Shown here one piece after another: positions 21,909 to 33,000 of a DNA stretch of 64,000 nucleotides. This DNA comes from a virus: the IMG/VR virus record IMGVR_UViG_3300021375_002698; one strand, 5' to 3'. Position 1 is the first letter of the stretch, and each line of letters begins with the position of its first letter. The notes below the pieces were generated by a model, which was not told where the DNA came from, did not search any database, and saw only the letters and a list, made by a program, of their open reading frames with translations. A program made the translations under genes and the position numbers.

Positions 21909-23108
21909 TTAAAACCTGTCTAGTTTTTGCTTATAAATATTAATTATTGATGTTTTAGACATTTTGTTTACTAATTTATTTCTTTGATCTATAACTTTAA
22001 CATCTTTTCTATAGTCTTTTGTAAATACTTCTCGTATCTTTTCTTTTAAAGAATACTCATTGAATTCTGCCCACTTTGAGTTTAATACAAATAATTGATT
22101 ATCTATCTTTTCTACATCTACTTCAGTTATATCACAGTCTACTTTTAAGAAAAAGTCTAGAAATTCTGTGTAAGCTGACCAATTTGTTGCTATTATAGGT
22201 AAATTACATATAGCAGACTCTAAAAATTGCAGCCCGAATCCTTCACCTCTAGTGCAAGAAATAAAGCAAGATACTTTTTCACTTTCATATAAACTTTTAA
22301 GTTCAAATGGACTCATATCACCATGAATCAAATAAATTTCAGGTAGACATGAACCTAACTCTTTTTTTAATTCTTTGTAATACTTGTTCATAACTGTTTT
22401 TAGTCTCATGAAATCTTTTCTTGAATTCTTGCCTAAATTTGTTTTTATAATCAAACCAACATCGTTAAAACTAGATACCTCTCTTGCAACTATTTCAATT
22501 GTTTTGAATATATTTTTTCTATCAAGTTTTTCTTTTAAAGATGTAAGTTGTCCTGATATTAAAACATTTTTTTTAGTTTTAATCATATCCAAATTAAAAG
22601 TGTTTATATTGTCTTTGACATCAAATTCTTCATGATAGTATTCTGGTATTACAATTATTTCTGTACTTAATTCTATATTATAATAATTAGAAGAATTCAT
22701 GAAAACTTTTTTTGTAAATTCAGATGGGACTATTATTTTATTCATTAAATTAATATCATGCAACCAATTTGAACAACAAATTGTTGTTTCAATTCCAGCA
22801 GTTATACCAACATCAAATTCACTTATTCTTCTCCATTCACTAGGAAAGCATACTTGATATGATTCGTCAAATTTATAATTAGAAATATCTTTTTCCAACA
22901 TATACTTTTCTAAAATTATCGGTATATTTTTGTAGCTTTTATCTTTATATTGATTAAGTCGCCAAGAAGTATTCCCCCAAGGAGTAATATCACATTTTAA
23001 ATCGATATCTTTTCTAGAGTTTAAAAATTCAAAAACCTGTCTAGAATGGACTCCATACCCAGAATTGCTTAGTAGAGGTCCTTTTAGTAGAACTTTTTTC
23101 AAAATCAA
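21909..23108 (-). CDS. Glycosyltransferase, GT-B fold (family 4-like)
   Basis: SGYG N-terminal motif; GEGFGLQFLE (E-x7-E); PIIATNWS. Confidence 0.9.
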   Translation of the reverse strand: MILKKVLLKGPLLSNSGYGVHSRQVFEFLNSRKDIDLKCDITPWGNTSWRLNQYKDKSYKNIPIILEKYMLEKDISNYKFDESYQVCFPSEWRRISEFDVGITAGIETTICCSNWLHDINLMNKIIVPSEFTKKVFMNSSNYYNIELSTEIIVIPEYYHEEFDVKDNINTFNLDMIKTKKNVLISGQLTSLKEKLDRKNIFKTIEIVAREVSSFNDVGLIIKTNLGKNSRKDFMRLKTVMNKYYKELKKELGSCLPEIYLIHGDMSPFELKSLYESEKVSCFISCTRGEGFGLQFLESAICNLPIIATNWSAYTEFLDFFLKVDCDITEVDVEKIDNQLFVLNSKWAEFNEYSLKEKIREVFTKDYRKDVKVIDQRNKLVNKMSKTSIINIYKQKLDRF

Positions 23109-24352
23109 TCTCCTAATCTATAGATTTCAACTCTAGAGTATTTTGATTCCCAGTTTTTAATTGTATCCTCTATTGATAAATCCCATTTTTTAATCATATC
23201 TTTGTAGTTAAATTCTTTATTGACATATTCTATTGCTTTATTACCGATTTCTTTTCTACATTCTTTCCCCATACAGTACATAGAAAATATTGCTTTTGAA
23301 ACTTTTTCTGTTTTCACATAGTCTTCATTAATATAATAAATACTTTGTGATCCTGATGTTGTAGTCACATCGGGCTCTAATGCAAAACCATTTATTGTAT
23401 TGTCAAAGTGATTAATTACTTGTCTTGTTTGTCCTCCAGTTTTAACAGCAATTATTGGGTTACCTACTTTCATAGCTTCCAAAGTGCCTAATCCAAAACC
23501 TTCAGCAAAACTTATATTTATATAAAAGTCAGATATGTTGTGTAATATATTTACTTCATCAAAATCTATTGCGTCAGTAGAAAAACAAACATTTTCTTTT
23601 ATTTTAAGATTTTTTGCAACTTCAAATAAGTTAACACCTACAGAATCTTCTGGGTCTGTATGCATTATTAATGTTGCATTTTTATGACCAAATTTTTCTT
23701 CTAAATCAAACAAGAACATTTGCCATGATTTTAACACATCAGCTGGTCTTTTTCTTCTAGTATTCCTATTAATCCACAGACCAGTAAAATGATCTAACTT
23801 TTCTTTCCCTAATATCTTTTCTTTGTAGCTTTTAATATCTTCTTCTTTTAATTTATAAAATAAATAATCAGGAAGTGAGTGTGGTATATAATTCGTTTTA
23901 TTACTGTGATTTTCTGATATTAAATTATATGTTAGGTATGATATACAATTTATCGTATCAATAGACATATAAACGTGTTCGTTAAAGCTTGGATAAGGTC
24001 TATTATCCCAAACATGCCAATAAAGTATTGGACAGACTTGATGTATCTCGTCTTCCATCTCAAAGATATGATCAAAAAATCTAGGGTCATTAAACAATAC
24101 TATAGCATCAGGCTTTTCAGTTACAAGCAAAGATCTAATAATATCTTTGTCACCAAATCCCTTAGTTGGTATTATTATTAAATCTTCCTTAACTTTTACA
24201 GGTCTATAGTCATCATGACTCATAGCTGCACCAATTTGTATAAATTTATATTTTCCTGTTTCTAATAGACCTTCAACTAAATGTCTTCCTTGAACAGCTA
24301 CACCACTATTCATCATTATGTGATCTGATATTAAAATTATCTTCTTTTTCAA
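23105..24352 (-). CDS. Glycosyltransferase, GT-B fold (family 4-like)
   Basis: NRNTRRK and EGFGLGTLEAM motifs; start moved to TTG 24352, which follows an AGGGG RBS. Confidence 0.9.
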   Translation of the reverse strand: MKKKIILISDHIMMNSGVAVQGRHLVEGLLETGKYKFIQIGAAMSHDDYRPVKVKEDLIIIPTKGFGDKDIIRSLLVTEKPDAIVLFNDPRFFDHIFEMEDEIHQVCPILYWHVWDNRPYPSFNEHVYMSIDTINCISYLTYNLISENHSNKTNYIPHSLPDYLFYKLKEEDIKSYKEKILGKEKLDHFTGLWINRNTRRKRPADVLKSWQMFLFDLEEKFGHKNATLIMHTDPEDSVGVNLFEVAKNLKIKENVCFSTDAIDFDEVNILHNISDFYINISFAEGFGLGTLEAMKVGNPIIAVKTGGQTRQVINHFDNTINGFALEPDVTTTSGSQSIYYINEDYVKTEKVSKAIFSMYCMGKECRKEIGNKAIEYVNKEFNYKDMIKKWDLSIEDTIKNWESKYSRVEIYRLGD

Positions 24353-24363
24353 TCGGTATCCCC

Positions 24364-25215
24364 TTAAGTGCAATTTTCTGTTTCAAAAAATACACAAAAC
24401 TTACAAGAATTTCTATTCTTAAGGTAAAGTCTTCTATTCACTGTTGTAATCATGTTTGTTATCATTTTTCTTGATTTATCAATTGACTTTGGTCCGCTTG
24501 ATAAATTAATAAGTTGACATGTTTTGTTTTTGTTCTTAACTTTCTTTAATAAAACAAATCCACATTTAATATTGTTCATCGGTATATCATTCTTTGTTCC
24601 CCAGAAGTATTTATATAGTATTAATTGTGCTTGTACAAGAAAGTCCCTCTGCTTATCAATAGACCACCCTCTTCCGCTTGCTGTCTTCCAATCAATTATC
24701 CAGTATTTATAATCATCTTTAAATGGAACTTTTATTATACAATCTATATATCCTTTAAATTTTGTATCAAATCTTTCAATGCTCTCATACAAAGCATCTT
24801 CAGCAGCAACATATTCCCATTCTGGAAATGTTTTATCTAAAAATTCAGGTAATGCACTTATACTGCTTTCTGCCCATGTTAACCAATTGTTTAAGTTGTC
24901 ATGTTTATACTTCCAACCTTGTAATTTTGCTCTATTTGTCTGGAGTATGATATAATCGCTAGAGTCAAAACCATGCTCATCCCATGACTGCGTTATCTTT
25001 TCTTTAGCTTCTTCTATTTTGAGCTCTTGCGTTTTTAAGTAATGTTCGCAAGCATCATGTATTATTGTTCCATAGTGCAAGTGTGGAGATTCTTCAAATG
25101 TTCTAATTTTATCAATATATAGAAGCTTATGTCTCCACCCACATTCTTTCCATTGCTTAACTTCTGAATAAGAGACATGCTCTTTTAAAATAGTCATAAC
25201 AGACCTCACTTTCAT
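24364..25215 (-). CDS. PD-(D/E)XK nuclease, Cas4/AddB-like, with probable Fe-S staple
   Basis: SYS..C, GTIIH, KGYID, IIDWKT, QL..Y and C-terminal CKFC-x7-C. Confidence 0.85.
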   Translation of the reverse strand: MKVRSVMTILKEHVSYSEVKQWKECGWRHKLLYIDKIRTFEESPHLHYGTIIHDACEHYLKTQELKIEEAKEKITQSWDEHGFDSSDYIILQTNRAKLQGWKYKHDNLNNWLTWAESSISALPEFLDKTFPEWEYVAAEDALYESIERFDTKFKGYIDCIIKVPFKDDYKYWIIDWKTASGRGWSIDKQRDFLVQAQLILYKYFWGTKNDIPMNNIKCGFVLLKKVKNKNKTCQLINLSSGPKSIDKSRKMITNMITTVNRRLYLKNRNSCKFCVFFETENCT

Positions 25216-25263
25216 TTAATATTATATAAAAAAAAGTGAATTTATACAATTAATTTAAAAAAA

Positions 25264-25620
25264 TTATCTGATAATAATTGTAACTAGATTTCCTGATAAC
25301 CTGCTAGGCTGATCTAAAAAGTTTGGACAAATTATGCCATCATGATTTGCATTGTTGTCAACATAAACCATACCATTTTCTACATTTAACTCACCACCTT
25401 CATCAGGTATATCTCTAGAGGCTTTTGCTTCAACTTGACCTTGCAATTGTATTTCTACAATATAAACACCATCAGTTTCAGGCTTTAAAAATGCATCTTT
25501 TCTAGCAACTCCTAATGGAGATGCCAAAGAACTAGATTTATTCCATAATTGTTGTGATGAATCATATGATAATACGTCGCCTTTTTCTATATCTTGTGAG
25601 CATTTTACTTTTATCCACAT
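25264..25620 (-). CDS. Putative virion accessory protein (capsid-cement/fibre-base-like)
   Basis: I-x-KGD, GVA and QG-V pattern; start moved to ATG 25620, which follows AAGGA. Confidence 0.5.
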   Translation of the reverse strand: MWIKVKCSQDIEKGDVLSYDSSQQLWNKSSSLASPLGVARKDAFLKPETDGVYIVEIQLQGQVEAKASRDIPDEGGELNVENGMVYVDNNANHDGIICPNFLDQPSRLSGNLVTIIIR

Positions 25621-25634
25621 TTCTTTGTCCTTTT

Positions 25635-26297
25635 TTATCCAATTTTTATTATTGTTGTACACATTGATTTTTGTGTTGTTGCATGATGCAAGTCTAAAGA
25701 GCCTGAACCTTGACCAGCGCTATCTGTTGCTACAACTACAAGGCGCAGTATATCATTTTGAACTGCGTCCACTATGCCTGTAGCTATTCCTCCATAATTT
25801 TGACCTAAACTGTCAACATAACACTTTGAACCAAAATATCCAGCGTTACATTGCCATCTATAAGTGGCTGAAGCTGCTGTACCACTTTCTCTGTCTGCAT
25901 GAACTGAATACATGCATAGATATCTACCAGCTTCAGGTATATCAATTGACTCAAACCACTTGCTATTAGATAGTACAGAATTTGTTGATGTTGCATTGTT
26001 CCACGTAAAATTACTAGCTGTAAAATTATATGATTCATGACGTCGGGCTAAAAGGTAGTCACCTACTTCGTATAAGTATACACCTGTACCCCACGCAAGA
26101 TTTGTAGAACCAAATAAGCCAAATTTCAAACTTAAATCACTTGTAAGACTACTTGGAATGTTACTGTTTTGCCAAGACGAGCCATTAAAGTTTATTACGT
26201 CATTATTTGAGGGTGTTCCGCTTTGAGTAACATCAGACAAATTTAACGTAATATTGCTTGATGACTTGTTATTAATATTTGTAAAAGAGTGACTCAT
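25635..26297 (-). CDS. Short fibre-like protein
   Basis: LSDV...FNGSSWQN fibre repeat and IPEAGRY beta-sandwich motif; paralog of 26312..26953. Confidence 0.6.
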   Translation of the reverse strand: MSHSFTNINNKSSSNITLNLSDVTQSGTPSNNDVINFNGSSWQNSNIPSSLTSDLSLKFGLFGSTNLAWGTGVYLYEVGDYLLARRHESYNFTASNFTWNNATSTNSVLSNSKWFESIDIPEAGRYLCMYSVHADRESGTAASATYRWQCNAGYFGSKCYVDSLGQNYGGIATGIVDAVQNDILRLVVVATDSAGQGSGSLDLHHATTQKSMCTTIIKIG

Positions 26298-26311
26298 GAT
26301 TATGACCTTCT

Positions 26312-26953
26312 TTAGCTTATTTTCATTATAAGCAAGTAAGTATGTTCTGATATTTTGTTACCTTGATTTGCAACTGTGTCTACGTTTGAAACAGCAGCAA
26401 GTCTAATACCAATTGTTGTTGAGGATGTCAAATTTAACCATGATTGTATTGTAGTCGCTTTACCGTCTGAGTATGAGGTTGAATTATCACCAATTAGTCC
26501 TGCTGCGCTTTTTGTATCATTATTACTTGTGTTTGATAGATTGAATAAAAGATAACCGCTAGCTGAAAACTCTACGTAAGTTTGACATTGTACAAAATAC
26601 TTTCCTGCAGGTAATGTTATATCACTATACCAATTAGAAGATAAGTGTTGCGTTAAAGAAGCTCCTGATATGTTATTTATAGGACCTGTATCATATATTC
26701 TCAAATATGAGTCTTGATTCATGTTCGAAGCGCCGCTATTTGAGTATGCACTAGTTTCACCTTGTCCAATTAACATGTAGTTAGTTGAAGTTGAAGGTGC
26801 AGCTGAATTTACCCAAGCACTACCGTTATATTTTAAGACCTGTGTATCTGAAGCTGATGATATTGTAACATCTGATAAATTTTCTACGGAAAGCGTAATT
26901 TCTCCGCTACTATTAGGACTTTGACCTGCTACTGTTATTTTATTATGACTCAT
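26312..26953 (-). CDS. Short fibre-like protein
   Basis: LSDV...YNGSAWVN repeat and ITLPAGKY; MSH start shared with the neighbour. Confidence 0.6.
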   Translation of the reverse strand: MSHNKITVAGQSPNSSGEITLSVENLSDVTISSASDTQVLKYNGSAWVNSAAPSTSTNYMLIGQGETSAYSNSGASNMNQDSYLRIYDTGPINNISGASLTQHLSSNWYSDITLPAGKYFVQCQTYVEFSASGYLLFNLSNTSNNDTKSAAGLIGDNSTSYSDGKATTIQSWLNLTSSTTIGIRLAAVSNVDTVANQGNKISEHTYLLIMKIS

Positions 26954-27026
26954 GATACGATATTCTTTCTATTTCTATTATCCTATATGTATATATTAGT
27001 CACAAAGAGAATATTAACAGCTTTTA

Positions 27027-30000
27027 TTAAACAACTTCCCAGTTTGTAGAGCTGCCGGCAACTAATGTTACAGACTGATTTGCTACATTTAAAACTAATG
27101 TCGCGGATCCGTCAATTGTTTCTGAGCCATTTCCGTCAATTGTTAAGTCATTTCCTGCAGCAGTTAGTTTAACTCTTATTTCTTTTCCTGCTGTAACACC
27201 AGATCTTGCTGGAAGATTTAATGTAACTGCGCCGCCTGAAGTGCTTACGCTGTAGTGATACTCAGCTTGAGCTGTAGTTGTAGATGTTATTGCAGAGTAT
27301 GTAAATCCACCGCCACCACCACTCATTGCTGTCCAAGATAAAGTTCCACTACCATTAGTCTTTAGAACTTGATTTGCTGATCCATCACCATCTGGTAAAG
27401 TAAATGTAACATTGCTTGTAACAGCAGCTGGAGCTTTAAACCCTAAGTAGTTTGTTCCGTTACCTGACCCTTCGCTTAGTCTTATCTCTTTTTGATTTTT
27501 TATAACAAGATTACCCGTAGTATTAAATTCACCACTGTCTTCAACTCTAAACACTTCTGTTCCATCATATTGTTGGAATACAAAGTCATCAGAATCAACC
27601 ATTAGCTTCATTATAACTTCGCCAGCAGTTCCGTCTAAGTCTAAAGCTAGTTGATCTGTACCTCCATCTTGGAATTTAATATCACCCGTTGTAGAGTTTA
27701 AATGCAACTCACCAGTTGAATCAATTGATATAGGAGTTGCTGCAATTGTAAGACCAGTTGTTCCATCGTGAGTTAATGTTGCATCGTTACCAGCACCAAG
27801 GGATATTACTGAAGAGTCTGAAGTTAGTTTAATATCATTACTAAATGATGTTGTTCCACCGTTTGAACCATCTATATTTACTGCAGTTGTTAAAGTACCA
27901 GCTGCCATTACGTAAAGCATTAAACGACCATCTTCAGATCCGTTTCCATGAGTAATTTTTCTACCATCTATAGAAGTAAAAATCTTTGAATTACCTGCAT
28001 CGTTTCTTGCTTTTCCTGATATTTTATATATAGTATCAGTTGCTCCATCACTTTCAGAGTGATTTAGAATTAAATTAGGACCATATCCATCTGTATGTTC
28101 TGCTTTTAATTCTAACTTAGGATCATAAGATCCGTCTCCATCACTATCTAACGTTATCAATAGACCTGAGTTTTCTACATGTGTTATTTTAACATCATCT
28201 GATGGTCCCATTGATAATACTGCGCCAGATGTTGGCATTTTAATATCGTGATTAAATATTGCTGTACCAGCATCTGAACCATCTAATGTTAACATAGTTA
28301 TATCAGATGAACCATCTGTACCTTTAAATATGATGTCAGAATCACCCGCTTGAGCGTCTATGGTTATATTACCTAAAGATGTTGCGATTGTTACTGCAGC
28401 GTCGCCAGCTGTTAAATCATCAGCAGCAGTACTTCCACCGCCAGATTGAGCAACCCAATCAAGATTTCCAGAACCATCTGTTTTAAGCACTTGATTAGCA
28501 GAGCCGTCTGATGTTGGGAAATCATAAGTAATACCACCTAATGATAGCTTGCCTGCTACTGTTGACGTAGAACTAGTTCCCGCACCAATTGTTACATCAA
28601 TCTCACCGTCAGCAGAACCATCAGATAGAAGTAAGCCCTGCGTTAAAGTACCATCATGTTCAGCTACGCTTAGTGTTAATTTACCACCTTCAGCTCCATT
28701 AGATGCATCAGCTACTTGTGCTTTTATTTCAGCAAATTTAATTTGATCCTGGTTGTCATCATCAGCATAGAATTCAATTAAACCTGCAACATCATTATCA
28801 GCACCAGCAGCACCCTTATCTTTCACAAATCTTAGTCTAGCACCATTAGCATCATTAGTTGTGTTTTTAATTATAACTAAAGGATCTGTAGAGTTTGCTG
28901 AAGAGAAAGTAGATGTATCACCGCTTACACCTAATCCACCAGAAACTGTAAGGTATCCTACGTGATCTATTGACATAACTTCAGCAGCAGCGTTTCCACC
29001 TGTTGAAGTTTTAAAAGATAACTTAGTGTTATTTTTAGCTGTAGATGAGAATGTTGTTTTTGTAACTGATTCAATGCTACTTATAACACCTGTAAATCCA
29101 GTAGTGTCTGTGGCTTTAAAGTCAATACTTCCTACTACTTCCCCGTTAGATAATTCACTTTCCCCAGAAATTAATGTTAGTCTAACTGGTTTATCATCAC
29201 CTGTCTCGGTATTTTTAAGTAAAAGACCCACATCAGGATCATGTGTCAATGTAACTTCTGAGTCTGCACCAAAGTGTAAAACTGAGTTATCTGATTTTAA
29301 TAATAAATCATCACCTATTACAACATCTAAAGCAACACTTAGACCGCCATCAGTTTGTATAGCACCGTCAGTAGTTGATGTAGCATTTGTTGTATCATCT
29401 GTTATAATTCTACCGTCAGCTGATATTGCGCCAGCTGCAGAGATTGTTACTCCAGTTGATCCTAAACCGCCATTAATATTAACGCCTCCAGCGCCTGAAA
29501 GAGTTAACGCGCCTGATGATGTTGTAAAGTTAGATGCTGCATCTGAATCTAACGATATACCTGTTGCGTCAAGAGTATAAGTACCTTGTACATCTACATC
29601 CATGATACCTGCGTCAATGTTTAAAATAGATCCTGCATCAGCATTCGCGCTAATCAATATAGCTTCACCTGCAGTATGTGCAGAAGTTATTGCAATATGA
29701 CCATCAGCTGAAGTTGTATCAATTGTAATCTCATCTGCAGCATCAATATCAATCATATCTGCTGAATCGATATTGATACCACCTGCACTTGCATTTAAGT
29801 GAAGAGCACTAGCACCAGTACCTGCTGAAGTTAATCGTAATTCTTGAGTTCCTCCACCAGCAACTGAAATATCTAAGTCCTTAGCTGATCCTGTAACTGT
29901 TAAGTTAGAATCATCTGTACCATCAATAGATAATGTAGTACCATCCATTGTAATACCAGCAGTTGCATCTATATCAAGTACACCTGCATCTATATCAACA

Positions 30001-33000
30001 ATAGAAGCTGCGTTAGCATTACCATCTAAATGAATAGCTGTGCTACTTTCATGATCACCTTTAATTGTAACCTTTTTAGCATTGTTTTCTGCTTCAATTA
30101 AAACGTCACCTGCAGCTGATTTAATATTAGTATCACCTGAAGTTGTAGTAATTGTTACAGCAGCATCGCCTGCTGATATATCATCAGCAGCTGTACTTCC
30201 ACTTCCTAATCCAGATACAAAGTTAGCTTTTGTCATTTTTCTCAATGCTGAAGCTGAATCATCATAGATTAATACTAAGTCATCATTATGTATAGAAGTT
30301 TCTGCCGTTTGCCCTGTAATCACATTTGCATTTACCATTGCTGTTTCCACAGCACCTGATGCGATTGTTAAAGCACCAGCATCTGAAGCTGTTGCGTCTC
30401 CACTTATTGATGAGTATACATACTTCTTAATTCTAGAAAGTGCAGATTTTCTATTTGTTCCACCCGCACCATCATCAACAACAATTAAGTCTGCATCAAC
30501 AAGATCAGCGCCAATATCTGTACCACCGTCTAAGTCTAATGAAGATAAAGCAACTTTATTAGCTGTAGTTAATTGATTAAGCTTAGAGTTAGCAATTGAG
30601 CCTGCCAACATAGCACTTGTAATACCACTAGCTTTAACTCTTAGCGCATCTGAACTTACTTCGATTGAACTATCATCAACAGCTACATTTAAAGTGTTAC
30701 CAGATTTTGTTAAAGCGCTTCCTGCTGTAATTTGACCTGCGCCACTGAATTGTGTAAATGCTAAACTATGAGTACCAACAGTATCAGCGCCTGCATTTGA
30801 TGTACAAACAAAACCTGCATCTGCATTTGCAGTTCCTTCTTCTACAAAAACAAATACACCAGCAGCACTTGAAGCAGCTTCCATATCTGCGCCTCTTGAA
30901 GGAGAAACGCCATCAGCAGCAACAACATAAATACCATTTTGTGAAGCTGTACTTTGATCTTTGAGTAAAACTCTATCACCTGCAACTAGTGTCACACCAT
31001 CAATTGTTGCACCTGCATCACATCCATCTGAAAGTGATGCAATATTTGCTGTTGAAGCAACATGTACTGAATCTTTTACATCTAAACCTTCAGCAACGCT
31101 ATCTACATATGATTTAGTAGCTGCATCACCATCAGCTGTTGGAGTTGCTAAACCTGTAATCTTTTGACTATTCATTGCTAAAGCTGCAGCTTGACCTGAC
31201 AATGTTAAACTAGTAAATGTTGGACTTGATCCTGTTCCTAATCCTAAACTAGTTCTAGCTGTGTTTGCACTTTCATAAGCAAAAGCACCAGATCCTGTAG
31301 CAACAATAAATTGACCGTCTGAAGCAGGAGCGCCTAAAGTTTCTAAATCTGCAAATATTGCATTATTCATCTTAGCAGCTGTAATTGAACCAGCTAACAT
31401 TGTATTAGTAACAGTTCCAGAATCACCTGTGCCTACAAGATTTCCTGTAGAAGTTGGCAATGTTAATGTAACGTTTCCGCTATAACTTCCATGTGCTGCT
31501 GATTGTAATTGTGTATAATGTGCATTACCAACTTCACAATATAGCTTAACGTTTGAAACTGAACCGCTGTTTTTAACAGAAATCGATCCGCTTTGCATAT
31601 CAATACCAGATGTACCATCAATTCTAACTACACCTGAACCGTTTGGTGTTAAAGTAATATTACCATTAGAAATTGAAACTATATCTTGACCGTTAACGTC
31701 TAAAGATCCACCTAATTGAGGCGTTGTATCTTCAACAACATTAGATAAGTTACCACTACTACCAGTTCCAGATAGTAAAGTATTTAATGTCATCTTTTTA
31801 AGAGCGCTAGCTGAATTGTCCCATACTAAAACTGCATCGTTTCCATTGTCATCTTTACTTGATAGTTCTGTTTGACCTGTAACTACATTTGAATTAACCA
31901 TTGCTTTTTCAACTGAATTAGCTCCAATAGTTAATGCACCGCCAGCTGCTACTGTTGCATCACCACTGATATCATTGAAAATAGCATCTCTTACAACACT
32001 AAAATCAGCTCTTTTAATGGTTCCTGCGTCTGATATTAATAATTCATCAGTATCAACAACGTCTCCAGTCATTTCAGTTTGTCCTGAAATAACGTTATCA
32101 TTTAACATTGATCCTTCTACTGCGTTAGCTGAAATAGTAAGCGCACCTTCATCTGAAGCTGTTGCATCACCACTCATAGCTGAGTAGATATATTTTTTAA
32201 CTCTTGTTAATGTAGATTTTCTATTTGTTCCACCTGCACCATCATCAACAACAATTAAGTCTGCATCAACTAAAGCTGCACCAATATCTGTTCCGCCATC
32301 AATCTCTAGTGATGATAGAGCAACTTTTCCTGCAGTTGATATAGTATTTAATTTTGAATCTGCAATTGAACCAGATAACATAGCATTTGTGATACCTGCA
32401 GCTTTAACTCTTAGCGCATCAGAATTTGTTTCTATAGATGAATCATCAACACCTACAGAAAGCACACCACTTGATGCAGCCAATCCATCTCCAGCTAATC
32501 CTGTAGCAACATCATCATTTATCATTGAATCTTGCACAGAGTTAGCAGCAATAGTTAAAGCACCACCAGCTGCTACTGTAGCATCACCACTAATATCGTT
32601 ATATATAGCGTCTCTTACAACACTAAAATCAGCTCTTTTAATTGTACCCGCATCTGATATTAATAATTCATCTGTGTCTGCTACATCACCTGTCATTTCA
32701 GTTTGTCCTGAAATAACGTTATCATTTAACATTGATCCTTCTACAGCATCAGATGCAATTGTAAGCGCACCTGCTGATGATATTGTAGCATCTCCACTTA
32801 GTGTAACGTTATCAAACGAATTTGAACCATCATGAATTAAAATGTGTCCAGCTGAAGGGCTAGATATATTAGTATCTGATAAGCTAGCAAGCGTAGAAGA
32901 GCCTGGTGATATTGTTGTCCAATTTAATACGCCAGAACCATTAGTTGTTAGCGCTTGGCCATTAGTTCCTACGCCATCTGGCAACGTTAAAGTAACGTCT

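Noticed and set aside
24364-25215. Cas4 of a CRISPR system
   Set aside because: Solo Cas4-like PD-(D/E)XK nucleases are common in phages; there is no array and no other cas gene.
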